DNA of 64,000 nucleotides from an uncultured Actinomycetota bacterium (GTDB lineage Bacteria > Actinomycetota > Actinomycetes > JAFAQI01), in NCBI GenBank assembly GCA_963770565.1, contig CAVYQE010000002.1, positions 512,001-576,000 on the forward strand, written 5' to 3'. The position numbers were made by a program, and so were the translations under genes. The notes beneath the pieces were generated by a model. The model was not told the DNA's origin, ran no database searches, and saw only the letters and a program-made list of their open reading frames with translations. Below, one piece after another: positions 10,348-22,039 of the stretch (position 1 is the stretch's first letter; each line of letters opens with the position of its first letter).

Positions 10348-11679
10348 GTGACGTTGGCTGGCGATTCGCGAAAGCGAGTCGGGGCGGGCGTCGGCCTCAT
10401 GGCCGCGGTGCTGATGGTGTCCGCGTGCTCGGGGAGCTCGGTGGGGAGCGAGCCGCGGCCATCACCCCCGGTCGGGGCGGGATCCGGGCCGTCGTCCCTT
10501 GCTGGCGGGCCTGGCACGTGTCGGTCCGGGTGGCAGGTGTTCCCGGAGCCGTTCGCTCCTGGGGATCGACAGCACCGCCTGTTCGCGATCGGCGCCTCTT
10601 CGGCGGGCAATGCGTGGGCGGTGGGTGAGCGCTGGGTCGATTCGCCCGACTCCTCCGACCAGGTGCCCTATCCCTTGATTGAGCATTGGGATGGTCACCG
10701 GTGGACTGTTACCCCCGTGGGGAACCCGAGCGATTTGCCTGGGTCGTTGTTCGGGATCACGGTGATCAGCTCGACCGATGCCTGGGCGGTCGGCGGCCTC
10801 CGAGCGGCGAGCCGAAGGTCGCGCGACGCGCCGCTGGTCGAGCATTGGAATGGTGTCAGGTGGTCGCTGACGCCCGTGCCTGCACTGGCCAACGCAGGTC
10901 CGCACCAGCAGCAGAGTCTCGTCGCTGTTGCGGGCCGATCTGCGAATGACGTATGGGCGCTGGGCAACTCCTCGGTCGCCGGCACCACCACCAGCTACGT
11001 AAACCGGTGGCTGCACTGGAACGGCCGAGCATGGCTGCGAGTCGCGGCCCCGGAGCCCGCCGCACCGACGGCAGCGAACGGGCTCGGGTCGATCTCACTG
11101 CTGACCGCGCTGGCCCTCGACCCCAGCAGTGGATCTCCGTGGGCGGTGGGCGGCCACCTACGAGGAGCCGGAGAAGAGGGAACCTTCGACGGTGCGTTGA
11201 TCGGGTCCTGGACCCACGGGTCGTGGATCCACCGACCATCCCCGGCCACGTCGCTGCCGTTGACCGCGATCTCGTTCCCGAGCGGGCGAACCATCTGGAC
11301 CATCCGACGTCCGTCTCTGGGCAGTTCGCCGGACGGTACGAGGTGGGGCGGAGCAGGGTCGAGCTCGGTCCTGCGAGACAACGGCACGCACTGGGACACC
11401 GTGTTATCGACCCGAGGCACGTTGACCGGTTTGGCCGCAATTACCAACCGCGATGTCTGGGTGGCGGGAGCCCGACACGGCCCCCTCTTGATGCACTGGA
11501 CCGGAGGATCCTGGGCCACCATCGCCGCCCCGACGCGGGACGCCCTTCCCCACGGACTCCTCGCATTGACGGTCACCCATGACCACACGCTGCTCGCCCT
11601 CGGCGAGTCCGCGGGCACACCCAAGCGGAGCCAGATGGCGCTGTGGACCCACTGCCCCACCAACACGTCCCACGCCTAG
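10348..11679 (+). CDS. Lipoprotein with repeated W-A-V-G / H-W-x-G-x-x-W blades (putative beta-propeller)
   Basis: Lipobox-like 'VSAC'; about six repeats such as 'AWAVG..PLIEHWDGHRW' and 'PLVEHWNGVRW'; GTG start after GGAGG. Confidence 0.7.
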   Translation: MTLAGDSRKRVGAGVGLMAAVLMVSACSGSSVGSEPRPSPPVGAGSGPSSLAGGPGTCRSGWQVFPEPFAPGDRQHRLFAIGASSAGNAWAVGERWVDSPDSSDQVPYPLIEHWDGHRWTVTPVGNPSDLPGSLFGITVISSTDAWAVGGLRAASRRSRDAPLVEHWNGVRWSLTPVPALANAGPHQQQSLVAVAGRSANDVWALGNSSVAGTTTSYVNRWLHWNGRAWLRVAAPEPAAPTAANGLGSISLLTALALDPSSGSPWAVGGHLRGAGEEGTFDGALIGSWTHGSWIHRPSPATSLPLTAISFPSGRTIWTIRRPSLGSSPDGTRWGGAGSSSVLRDNGTHWDTVLSTRGTLTGLAAITNRDVWVAGARHGPLLMHWTGGSWATIAAPTRDALPHGLLALTVTHDHTLLALGESAGTPKRSQMALWTHCPTNTSHA

Positions 11680-11693
11680 CGCTCGTCAGCGGG

Positions 11694-12500
11694 CTACGGG
11701 TGGATCGGCGCGCGCACTACCTCGACCTGCAGCTCGACGGTGGCGAAGCCGAGCGATTCGTACAACCTCACTGCGTGGTCTTCGGGATCGGCGACGATCA
11801 CGAACTCGCCGGCGTCGAAGCGGTCGGCGGCGAGTGCGGCCGCGTCGTAGACCAGCCGGCGGGCGAGTCCACGCCGGCGGTAGTCCGGATGCGTCTCGAC
11901 CGCCTGGTAGCGCGCCACACCTGATCCGTCGCTGACAATCCCCAGCGCCGCAACCAGCAACCCGTGGTCGAAGGCGCCAAGCCACTCGCCGTGGCCATTC
12001 GCGACCAGCGCCGCGCTTGCGACGACTTGCTGCGCCACGAACTCTGTCGCGGTGCCGGCCTCCGCGGGGTCGGCGTCGGGAGTCGCGTACACGCTGGAAC
12101 GAAGCACCTCGAGTTGCGGCCAGTCAGGATCGTCAAAGGCACGCACCGCGAGGTCCGGATGATCCGGCTCGCGCAGCGCGGCCGCGGACATCACCGCGTT
12201 GGTCCGAGTGCTAGCGCCGAGCGCTGCGATCGCGGCCGGGTCGCCGATCTTGCCGTCGGTGGTGTCGAGACCGAACGCGCGATGCTCCGCAGCGGGGAAC
12301 TCCGCGATGAACCACGACTCCCACTGCGCAGCGTCGCCGACCGACGGCGTAGCCGGCATGAGCAGGAAGTTGCCCCACCAGAATCCCGGGCTGGCCGTGG
12401 TCCGGACGACGACGTAGTCGCCGCGCTCCTCGACGACAGACCCGGACAGCCGTCGAACCATCACGTCGGTCCGGTAGCCGAGGGACTGGATGGGCACCAC
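11694..12500 (-). CDS. GNAT family N-acetyltransferase
   Basis: 'VETHPDYRRRGLA' acetyl-CoA motif A and 'LYESLGF'. Confidence 0.88.
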   Translation of the reverse strand: MVPIQSLGYRTDVMVRRLSGSVVEERGDYVVVRTTASPGFWWGNFLLMPATPSVGDAAQWESWFIAEFPAAEHRAFGLDTTDGKIGDPAAIAALGASTRTNAVMSAAALREPDHPDLAVRAFDDPDWPQLEVLRSSVYATPDADPAEAGTATEFVAQQVVASAALVANGHGEWLGAFDHGLLVAALGIVSDGSGVARYQAVETHPDYRRRGLARRLVYDAAALAADRFDAGEFVIVADPEDHAVRLYESLGFATVELQVEVVRAPIHP

Positions 12501-12700
12501 GCGATCCTCTCTTGCGCGAAGCCGTCACCCAGTAGCCCCCCGAGCAATGTCACACGGCCGCCGCAACGGTCCGCGTCGACGTCCTTTGCGTACGGCGATA
12601 GCACCCGCTCGGCTCTCCACTGATCTTCGCCTCGGTGACCGGTTTTCGCTCGACTCGCCGTAGAAGTGGTCGCGAGCGCGAAGATCAACACGCGGGACAG

Positions 12701-12735
12701 CGAAGGGGCGGTCCCTGATCGGGACCGCCCCTTCG
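12701..12735 (-). terminator. Hairpin terminator downstream of groEL
   Basis: Perfect 15-bp stem CGAAGGGGCGGTCCC / GGGACCGCCCCTTCG with 5-nt loop. Confidence 0.8.
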
Positions 12736-12751
12736 TGAGGTTATGCAGGAC

Positions 12752-14545
<1,794 letters not shown>

Positions 14546-14629
14546 TCAAAAAGCCCGGATTCAAGGACACCGGGGTCGCGGCCGACCTATTGTGTGCGGG
14601 CGCCACCCATCCCGGGTGACCGTCGCCTC

Positions 14630-14790
14630 CGTTCGCCAAACCTGTCCGTCGGAGTGCGTGAACCGAACCCATCGGACAGGCTCGGGGACCCATCAGTAAC
14701 CCGAAGCGCACGCGCTTCTTGGGGTGAAGCCGCTCCGGCGGCCGGGCTAGCCACGGCCCGAACCCGACAGCTAACCCGGTCGGCGTCGGA
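14630..14790 (+). ncRNA. c-di-AMP (ydaO/yuaA) riboswitch
   Basis: Conserved blocks GGGGACCCA, TTGGGGTGAAG, CCCGAACCCGACAGCTAACCCGGTCGGCG upstream of an NlpC/P60 gene. Confidence 0.9.
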
Positions 14791-14798
14791 GAGCATCC

Positions 14799-15407
14799 AT
14801 GTCCCGAACGACCCTGCGTGTCCGCTCGGCCGTCCTCAGCGCATCCGTCATCGCCTGCCTCGGCGTCGCCGCAGCGCCAGCTGCTGCTGCGACCTCAACC
14901 GCCGGGCCGGCCTCGATCTCGTCCTCCCCGGGGGGCTGGCAGTTCGCCGCCAGGGCCCCCGGCACGCCTCGCCTGCGAGGCGCGAAGCTCACCGTCATCC
15001 AGCGCCACAACCTCGAGGTCCAGAAAGTGCTCCGCGAGGCCAGGCGCCAGAAAGGCAAGCCGTACGTGTACGGCGCCGACGGCCCCAACGGCTTCGACTG
15101 CTCGGGCTTCGTCCGCTTCGTGTTCCTGCACGCCGTACACAAGTCGTTGCCGCACAACGCTGCGCAGCAGTACCACGCGCTTCGCCACATCCGGCGTGGC
15201 AGCCTTCAGCTCGGCGATCTGGTCTTCGTCGACAACGGCGGCTACATCTCCCACGTCGGGATCTACGACGGCCACCACCACTGGTGGGTCGCCCCGCACA
15301 CCGGGCTACGGGTGCAGCGTCAGCGGATCTACCACGCGCACTTCGTCTACGCCCGCGTGCTGGTCTACGACAAGGTCCTCACCCACAAGCAGCGCCACAA
15401 GCACTAA
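14799..15407 (+). CDS. Secreted NlpC/P60 (C40) peptidase
   Basis: Signal peptide; 'GKPYVYGADGPNGFDCSG' and 'SHVGIY'. Confidence 0.92.
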   Translation: MSRTTLRVRSAVLSASVIACLGVAAAPAAAATSTAGPASISSSPGGWQFAARAPGTPRLRGAKLTVIQRHNLEVQKVLREARRQKGKPYVYGADGPNGFDCSGFVRFVFLHAVHKSLPHNAAQQYHALRHIRRGSLQLGDLVFVDNGGYISHVGIYDGHHHWWVAPHTGLRVQRQRIYHAHFVYARVLVYDKVLTHKQRHKH

Positions 15408-15419
15408 CCCGCCGGTCCA

Positions 15420-15500
15420 AAGCAATGTCACATTGCCCAGCGCTTTGTGGGGGTGCGGTCACATTGCCCCCGCGATCAGCGGGGCAATGTGACATTGCTT
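15420..15500. repeat. REP-like palindromic element between convergent genes
   Basis: Perfect 19-bp inverted repeat AAGCAATGTCACATTGCCC / GGGCAATGTGACATTGCTT with an internal partial third copy. Confidence 0.8.
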
Positions 15501-15506
15501 GGCTCC

Positions 15507-15785
15507 TCAGCCGCCGCCGGCGACCGCGGGGATGATCGAGACGGTCGTACCGTCCGGCGTCGGCGTCTGCAGCCCCGAGGCGAACCGTACGTCGTCATCG
15601 TCGACGTAGACGTTCACGAACCGGCGCAGCTTGCCGTCGTCGTCGAGCACCCGGGTCCGCAGCCCCGGATGGTCGGCTTCCAGCCGGTCGAGCACGTCGG
15701 TGAGCGTCAAGGCGTCGGACACGCTCACCTCGGCGGCACCGCCGGTCAGCGGTCGAAGGATGGTCGGGATCCGGACCGTGATCAT
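15507..15785 (-). CDS. MoaD/ThiS family ubiquitin-like sulfur carrier
   Basis: 'VRIPTILR...LRRFVNVYV.DDDVRF...IIPAVAGGG'; ATGA overlap with upstream gene. Confidence 0.92.
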   Translation of the reverse strand: MITVRIPTILRPLTGGAAEVSVSDALTLTDVLDRLEADHPGLRTRVLDDDGKLRRFVNVYVDDDDVRFASGLQTPTPDGTTVSIIPAVAGGG

Positions 15786-17032
15786 TGGCTCAGTCCAGCC
15801 TCTCGGAAGGCGGTCAGCGTCGGGGGAATGGTGACAGTCGGCCGGGCGACCGGCGCGACCGCCTCCAGCGTCTTCAGCCCGTCGCCGGTGTTGAGCACGA
15901 CGGTCTCGGCGGCCGGATCGAGCTGGCCGGTCGCGATCAGCTTGCGGAGCACCGCCACCGTGACCCCACCCGCGGTCTCGCCGAAGACTCCAGTCGTCCG
16001 CGCGAGCAACCGGATCCCGTCGACGATCTCCTCGTCGCCCACGTCCTCGATCGCCCCGCCGGTCCGGCGCACGACATCGAGCGCATAGGGACCGTCCGCC
16101 GGATTGCCGATCGCGAGCGACTTCGCGATTCCGGTCGGGCGCACGGGCGCGACCACGTCGTGCCCGGCCCGGTACGCCGCCGCAACCGGCGAGCAGCCGG
16201 TCGCCTGCGCCCCGAACACCCGGTACGGCGTGCTCTCGACCAACCCGAGCACACCGAGCTCCCGCCACGCCTTGTCGACCTTCGTCAGCAGCGAGCCAGA
16301 GGCGATCGGGATCACGACCTGCTCGGGCAGCCGCCAGCCGAGCTGTTCGGCGATCTCGAAGCCGACCGTCTTCGAGCCCTCCGCGTAGAACGGCCGGACG
16401 TTGACGTTGACGAAGGCCCACGGCACTTCACCGGCGACCTCCGCGCAGAGCCGGTTGACGTCGTCGTACGCGCCCTCGACCGCAATCAACGTGCCGCCGT
16501 AGACCGCGGTCGTGACGACCTTGCCCGGCTCGAGGTCGTTCGGGATCAGCACGACCGAGCGCAGGCCGGCGTTGGCGGCCGCCGCGGCCACCGCGTTGGC
16601 CAGGTTGCCGGTCGAGGCGCAGGCCAGCACCTGGTAGCCCAGCGCGCGAGCCGCCGACGCGGCGACCGCAACCACCCGGTCCTTGAAGGAGTGGGTCGGG
16701 TTGCCGCTGTCGTCCTTGACCCACAGCGCGCGCATGCCGAGCTCCCGCGCCAGGCGCGGAGCGGGGACGAGGCGGGTCATCCCGACCCCCAGGTCGACCA
16801 GCGGCGCCACCGGGAGCAGACCCTGATAGCGCCACATCGAGTGCGGTCCGGCCTCGATCGTCGCGCGCGTGACGAGCCGCTGGACGTCGCGGTTGTAGGC
16901 GATCTCGAGCGGTCCGAAGCACATCTCGCAGACGTGGGACGGGCCGAGCGGGTAACTGGCGCCGCACTCGCGGCAGACGAGAGCCTCGGCCGACCCGAAC
17001 TGCGCAGCCGGTCGATCGATCAATGACGTCAT
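15782..17032 (-). CDS. Threonine synthase-like PLP enzyme (probable sulfur-carrier-dependent homocysteine synthase)
   Basis: Zn-ribbon CRECG/CEMC, PLP lysine 'NPTHSFKDR', 'ASTGN'; under a SAM riboswitch with a sulfur carrier gene. Confidence 0.9.
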   Translation of the reverse strand: MTSLIDRPAAQFGSAEALVCRECGASYPLGPSHVCEMCFGPLEIAYNRDVQRLVTRATIEAGPHSMWRYQGLLPVAPLVDLGVGMTRLVPAPRLARELGMRALWVKDDSGNPTHSFKDRVVAVAASAARALGYQVLACASTGNLANAVAAAAANAGLRSVVLIPNDLEPGKVVTTAVYGGTLIAVEGAYDDVNRLCAEVAGEVPWAFVNVNVRPFYAEGSKTVGFEIAEQLGWRLPEQVVIPIASGSLLTKVDKAWRELGVLGLVESTPYRVFGAQATGCSPVAAAYRAGHDVVAPVRPTGIAKSLAIGNPADGPYALDVVRRTGGAIEDVGDEEIVDGIRLLARTTGVFGETAGGVTVAVLRKLIATGQLDPAAETVVLNTGDGLKTLEAVAPVARPTVTIPPTLTAFREAGLSQ

Positions 17033-17045
17033 CGGAGCCTTCCGT

Positions 17046-17153
17046 CTCATCTTCCCCGCACGCAACTCGCGCACGAGCCGGAGTTGGCACCTGCCCGCCG
17101 TCGGGTGGTTGCCGGGGCTTCACCGGGCCGGTCCCTCTGCCCCTCTTGATGAG
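17046..17153 (-). ncRNA. SAM-I (S-box) riboswitch
   Basis: Minus strand CTCATCAAGAGGGGCAGAGGGACCGGCCCGGTGAAGCCCCGGCAACC...GGTGCCAACTCC...GATGAG with P1 CTCATC/GATGAG. Confidence 0.93.
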
Positions 17154-17234
17154 TGCGCGACCCGAGGGCCGCGCAGATCAAGTCTGCCACAACGGCGTCG
17201 ATTACTGTCAGCCGCAGTGGGCAACGACAACGGC

Positions 17235-18653
17235 ATGGCCGACATCGTGATCGCGTCCAACCGCGGGCCGATCGCGTTCCACCGCGCTGCCGACGGCACG
17301 GTTGTCGCGGCGCGTGGAAGTGGCGGCCTGGTCACCGGTCTGGCCGGGCTGCCGGCCGAGGGCGCGACGGTGTGGGTCTGCGCAGCGCTCAGCGACACCG
17401 ATCGAGAAGTCGCCGCCTCCGCACCCGGCGGACGGCTCGATCTCGCCGGCCAGACGACCGACCCGGTGCAGATGCTGGCAATCGATGCCGACACCTTCGC
17501 CGGCGCCTACAACACGATCTCGAACCAGACCCTTTGGTACGTCGTGCACGGCCTGAACGCCGGAAAACCATTGCTGTCCAACGACTCCCACGCGTGGCGG
17601 AAAGCCTGGGCGTCGTACGCCGATTACAACGCGGCCTTTGCCGACGCGATCGCCGCCGACGCGTCCGAGCGGGCCCGGGTGCTGGTGCAGGACTACCACC
17701 TGACGGTGCTCCCGGCCATGCTGAGGGCGCGGCGGCCGGACCTGCGGATCGGGCTGTTCACCCACACCCCGTGGGCGACCGTGACCGACTTCGAGCTGCT
17801 CCCCGCCGATGTCGCGGACGAGCTGCTGGTGGGCATGCTCGGCGCCGACAGTCTCGGTTTCCACTCGCCGCGTTGGGCCGATGACTTCATCGACTGCTGC
17901 ATAGCGATACTCGGCGCCGAGCGGGAACCGGGCGGCGTGCGGTACGACGGCCGGTCGACCGCCGTTCGCGTCCACCCGCTCGGTGTCGATCCCGGGCCGC
18001 TGCTCGAGCGCGCCGCGCAGCCCGACGTCGCCGCGCATCGCGCCGCGCTCGAGTCGATGCTCGGCGACCGGCAGGCGATCGTGCGGGTCGACCGGACCGA
18101 GCCTTCCAAGAACATCGCCCGAGGGTTGTCGGCGTACCGCGACCTGCTCGAGCGCTATCCGGAGCACCGCGAGCACGTGGTGCATCTCGCGATCGCCTAC
18201 CCGAGCCGCCAGGACATCGCCGACTACCGGCACCTGACCGAGGAAATCGAAGCCCTCGCCGGGGAGATCAACGACGCGTTCGCGACGGACACCTGGACCC
18301 CGGTGCAGCTCTCGGTGGTCAACGACTACCCCGAGTCGCTGGCCACCCTGGCCGCCGGCGACGTCGCGCTGGTCAACCCGGTCCGCGACGGGATGAACCT
18401 GGTCGCCAAGGAAGCGACCGTGCTCTCGGACGACGGTGTGCTGGTGCTGTCCCGCAACGCCGGCGCAGCCGACGCGATGGGTGAGTTCGCGCTGCTGATC
18501 GACCCGTTCGACGTCGCCGCGACGGCCGACGCTCTGCACGCGGCGCTCGTCATGCCGGCTGCCGAGCGGGCCCGCCGCCATGTCGGCCTGCTCGCGGCCG
18601 CGACCGCGCATCCGCCCCGCGACTGGCTGCGCCAGCAACTCGACGCGCTCTGA
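17235..18653 (+). CDS. otsA: Trehalose-6-phosphate synthase
   Basis: 'IVIASNRGP', 'GGLV', 'QDYHL', 'RDGMNLVAKE' GT20 motifs. Confidence 0.93.
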   Translation: MADIVIASNRGPIAFHRAADGTVVAARGSGGLVTGLAGLPAEGATVWVCAALSDTDREVAASAPGGRLDLAGQTTDPVQMLAIDADTFAGAYNTISNQTLWYVVHGLNAGKPLLSNDSHAWRKAWASYADYNAAFADAIAADASERARVLVQDYHLTVLPAMLRARRPDLRIGLFTHTPWATVTDFELLPADVADELLVGMLGADSLGFHSPRWADDFIDCCIAILGAEREPGGVRYDGRSTAVRVHPLGVDPGPLLERAAQPDVAAHRAALESMLGDRQAIVRVDRTEPSKNIARGLSAYRDLLERYPEHREHVVHLAIAYPSRQDIADYRHLTEEIEALAGEINDAFATDTWTPVQLSVVNDYPESLATLAAGDVALVNPVRDGMNLVAKEATVLSDDGVLVLSRNAGAADAMGEFALLIDPFDVAATADALHAALVMPAAERARRHVGLLAAATAHPPRDWLRQQLDAL

Positions 18654-18679
18654 GCGCCGAGCCCGGCCGCGTCCGCGGC

Positions 18680-19483
18680 TCAGAGCATGGCGACGATGCC
18701 GGCCAGCCAGCCCACGACCGCCTCCGGCCCGGGCAGTACGACGTCGGCCGCCTCCTGCAGCTCAGGAGGCACCTCCGGCGCCCGGCCGGCCGACGGCTGC
18801 TCGAAGGCGGCGATCGCCAGCCCGTTCACTCCGGACTCGGCCCGAAGCTCGGCCACGACGCGAAAAGCCGGCAGGTCGCCGACGTCGTCGCCGATGTAGA
18901 TCACCGTGGTGGCGCCGGTTGCGGCCACCAGGCTGCGCAGGGCCGAGCCCTTGTCCGTCCCCGCCGGTCGCAGCTCGAGGACGAAGCGGCCCGCCACGGC
19001 TTCGAGCCCCATGTCGGCCGCCAGCCGGCGCAGCGCCGGCGCCAGGTCGTCGAGGGCCTGCTGCGGGTCGGCGGCCGGCCGGGTGTGGACCGCGAACGAC
19101 TGGCCCTTGTCCTCGACGTACACGCCATTCGGAGCGCCCTCGAGCAGCAACGGGAGCCGGAGTCGGGCCCGCTCGACCGCGGGGTCGGGCGGTGGTGAGT
19201 CGAGCTGTCCGCCGTGCCAGCGCTGCAGCCCGTAGTGGCCGAGGACAAGCAGCCCGGACACCCCGCCGAGCTGGCCGAGGGCAACGACCTCGTCGGCGGC
19301 CCGGCCACTGATGACCGCCAGCTGCCCGATCCGCGCGGCGAGCGCCTGCATGACCTCCCGGGCCCCGTCCACGAGCCGGGCCGCCTCGGGACGCTCGACG
19401 ATCGGCGCGAGCGTGCCGTCGAAGTCGAGCGCGACGAGGGCGGATCGGGGGTCGGCCAGCAGCGCCATGACGGCGTCAGCCAC
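18680..19483 (-). CDS. otsB: Trehalose-6-phosphate phosphatase
   Basis: 'LDFDGTLAPIV', 'ISGR', 'DKG', 'YIGDDVGDLPAF'. Confidence 0.93.
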   Translation of the reverse strand: MADAVMALLADPRSALVALDFDGTLAPIVERPEAARLVDGAREVMQALAARIGQLAVISGRAADEVVALGQLGGVSGLLVLGHYGLQRWHGGQLDSPPPDPAVERARLRLPLLLEGAPNGVYVEDKGQSFAVHTRPAADPQQALDDLAPALRRLAADMGLEAVAGRFVLELRPAGTDKGSALRSLVAATGATTVIYIGDDVGDLPAFRVVAELRAESGVNGLAIAAFEQPSAGRAPEVPPELQEAADVVLPGPEAVVGWLAGIVAML

Positions 19484-19489
19484 GACGGC

Positions 19490-20311
19490 TCAGCCGACCC
19501 AGTCCGAGGTCAGGACGAGCGTGATGCCGACCTGGGTGAGTCCGGCCACGGAGTTCGGCTCGATCCGGTGTACGGCGCTGAACTCCCGGGCCAGATGCTT
19601 CGCGGCCGCCTTCTCGCCCGGCGAGAAATAGACCGTCGTCTCCGGGATCGCGCCCTGCAGGTTGCCGATCACGCCGATCTTCCAGCCCTTGGCCGCGACC
19701 TCGCCCGCCACCTGGTGGGCCAGGCCGGTGATCCGCGAGTTGTTCAGCACCTGGACGGTGGCCATCGCATTGCGGTCGGCCGGCTTGGTCGTGGCCGTCT
19801 TCGACGGCTGGGCCGGCGGGGTGCTCGCGGTCGTCGGCGTCGGCGAGGTGGCCGGAGCGGTCGACGCCGGGGGCGAGGTCGGCGGAGCGGTGGGCGGCTT
19901 CGAGTGATGATGCGTCGGGGTGGTGACCACGCCCGGCGTCGTCGCCGCCGAGGACTTGGTGCCGTTCGGCCGCCCATTGATCCAGATCAGCAAGCCGACG
20001 ACGACCAGGACGACGACGACCGCGACCAGCGGTCCGAGCACCCGACCGCTGGCCGCACCCGGCGGCGGAGCGCGGTGACTGCGCGGGCGCACCAGGGGCG
20101 AGGTGTCCGCATCCGGTTCCGACCCCTCGCCAGGGAGGCCGGCCCCGAGTAGACCCCCGGAGGACGCGACCGGGGCCGATTCGGGCGGAGCGACCGGGAC
20201 TGGCTCGGGCGCGGGCTCGGATTCGGGGTCGGGGTCGGGGTCCCAGTTCGGCTCCCATTCCGACTCCGAACCTGGTGCGGGAGGCTCGCTGCCGTTGCCT
20301 TCCTCGCTCAC
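19490..20311 (-). CDS. LytR C-terminal domain membrane protein
   Basis: Single TM, Pro/Thr linker, 'VLNNSRITGLA...TTVYF'. Confidence 0.85.
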   Translation of the reverse strand: MSEEGNGSEPPAPGSESEWEPNWDPDPDPESEPAPEPVPVAPPESAPVASSGGLLGAGLPGEGSEPDADTSPLVRPRSHRAPPPGAASGRVLGPLVAVVVVLVVVGLLIWINGRPNGTKSSAATTPGVVTTPTHHHSKPPTAPPTSPPASTAPATSPTPTTASTPPAQPSKTATTKPADRNAMATVQVLNNSRITGLAHQVAGEVAAKGWKIGVIGNLQGAIPETTVYFSPGEKAAAKHLAREFSAVHRIEPNSVAGLTQVGITLVLTSDWVG

Positions 20312-20400
20312 GACACCACCCTCACAGCCAGAACGTAGTGCTCACGGTGCACGCTCCCCCGGATTCACCGCACGGGCGGATCGCCCGAGCTCAGCGCCGG

Positions 20401-20694
20401 TCAGGCCTCAAAGCCGAGTCGGCGGGCGGACCGGGCCCGCTGCCGGGCGGCTCGCAGCCGGCGCAGCCGCTTGACGAGCATCGGGTCGGCCGCAAGCGCC
20501 TCCGGCCGGTCGAGCAGGGCGTTGAGCACCTGGTAGTAACGGGTCGCGGACATGTCGAACAGGTCGCGGACCGCCTGCTCCTTCGCACCGGCGTATTTCC
20601 ACCAGTGCCGTTCGAAGGCGAGAATCTCCCGATCGCGCTCCGACAGCTCCCCGGTCGCCGAGTCGCGGCCGGACAGTGCTCCTTCAGCGCTCAT
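20401..20694 (-). CDS. DUF3263 domain protein
   Basis: 'ILAFER.WW..AGAKEQAVR..F..SATRYYQVLN'. Confidence 0.93.
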   Translation of the reverse strand: MSAEGALSGRDSATGELSERDREILAFERHWWKYAGAKEQAVRDLFDMSATRYYQVLNALLDRPEALAADPMLVKRLRRLRAARQRARSARRLGFEA

Positions 20695-20767
20695 GACGGA
20701 CTCCCGCGACTTGAACTGGACCTCGAGAACTACAGCAGTGTCATTCTGGCACGGCGCGCCCGCAACG

Positions 20768-22039
20768 TCACGGATACAGACCGCGAGTGCGGTGCGCCTC
20801 GGCCACCCGGCCGACGCCGATCATCTGAGCCGCGGTCCGCAGCGATGTACCCCGCTCTTGCGCCAGCGCCGAGACCTCGGCGTAGGACGACTCGAGGATC
20901 GCCCGCATCCGGTCCGACACCTCGTGCTCGGTCCACCAGTACGCCTGCAGGTCCTGCACCCACTCGAAGTAGGAGACCGCGACTCCGCCGGAATTGGCCA
21001 GGATGTCCGGTACGACGACTACTCCCTTGCTCTCGAGCACCGCGTCCGCGTCCGGCGTGGTCGGGCCGTTCGCGCCCTCGACCACGAAACGGGCCTTGAC
21101 CCGATCGGCATTGCCGTCGTGGATCACGCTCTCGAGCGCAGCCGGCACGAGGATGTCGACGTCGAGCTCGAGCAGCTCCTCATTGGTGATTGCGTCGGTA
21201 CCCGGGTAGCCGACCACCGACTCCATGCCGGCGCGCATCTCCCGCAGCATCTTCGCCGGGTTCATGCCGAGCGAGTTGTAGGCACCGCCCTTGACGTCGG
21301 AGACCGCGACGATCTTGCAGCCGGCGTCATGCAGGTATTGCGCGGTGAGGCCGCCGACCTTGCCGAAGCCCTGCACTGCGACCGAGACCTCGCTCGGGTC
21401 GACGCCGGCCTCCTGGAGCGCCGCGAATGCCGTGATCATCACCCCCCGGCTGGTCGCGCCGGCCCGCCCCTCGGAGCCACCGATGCTGACCGGCTTGCCG
21501 GTCACGACGCCGGTCACGGTGTAGCCCTGGTTCACCGAGTAGGTGTCCATGAACCACGCCATCGTCTGCTCGTCGGTGCCGACGTCGGGCGCGGGGATGT
21601 CCTTCTCCGGCCCGACGATCGGGCGGATCTCGCTGGCATAGCGCCGGGTCACGCGCTCGAGCTCGGTCTGGCTGTAGAGCCGCGGATCGATCGTCACGCC
21701 GCCCTTGGCGCCGCCGTACGGAATGCCGATCAGCGCGCATTTCCAGGTCATCCACATCGCCAGCGCGCGAACCTCGTCGATGTCGGTCGACGGGTGATAG
21801 CGGATGCCGCCCTTGGCCGGCCCACGGGAGAGGTTGTGCTGCACGCGATAGCCGCGGAGCACCTCGATGTTTCCGTCGTCGCGACGCAACGGGATGCTGA
21901 CGGTCATCTCGCGACGAGGGGTGGCCAGCAACTGGTGCATGCCGTCGTCCAGGCCGAGTTGTCTCACCGCCTCGGCGAGTTGCGTGCGCGCGGACTCCCA
22001 TGCCGACTGGCGTGCAGCCACTTGCTTTTCCACCTCCAC
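20768..22039 (-). CDS. gdhA: Glu/Leu/Phe/Val dehydrogenase (glutamate dehydrogenase)
   Basis: 'GPAKGGIRY', 'PYGGAKGG', 'DIPAPD', 'QGFGKVG', 'EGANGPT'; start uncertain. Confidence 0.92.
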   Translation of the reverse strand: MEVEKQVAARQSAWESARTQLAEAVRQLGLDDGMHQLLATPRREMTVSIPLRRDDGNIEVLRGYRVQHNLSRGPAKGGIRYHPSTDIDEVRALAMWMTWKCALIGIPYGGAKGGVTIDPRLYSQTELERVTRRYASEIRPIVGPEKDIPAPDVGTDEQTMAWFMDTYSVNQGYTVTGVVTGKPVSIGGSEGRAGATSRGVMITAFAALQEAGVDPSEVSVAVQGFGKVGGLTAQYLHDAGCKIVAVSDVKGGAYNSLGMNPAKMLREMRAGMESVVGYPGTDAITNEELLELDVDILVPAALESVIHDGNADRVKARFVVEGANGPTTPDADAVLESKGVVVVPDILANSGGVAVSYFEWVQDLQAYWWTEHEVSDRMRAILESSYAEVSALAQERGTSLRTAAQMIGVGRVAEAHRTRGLYP

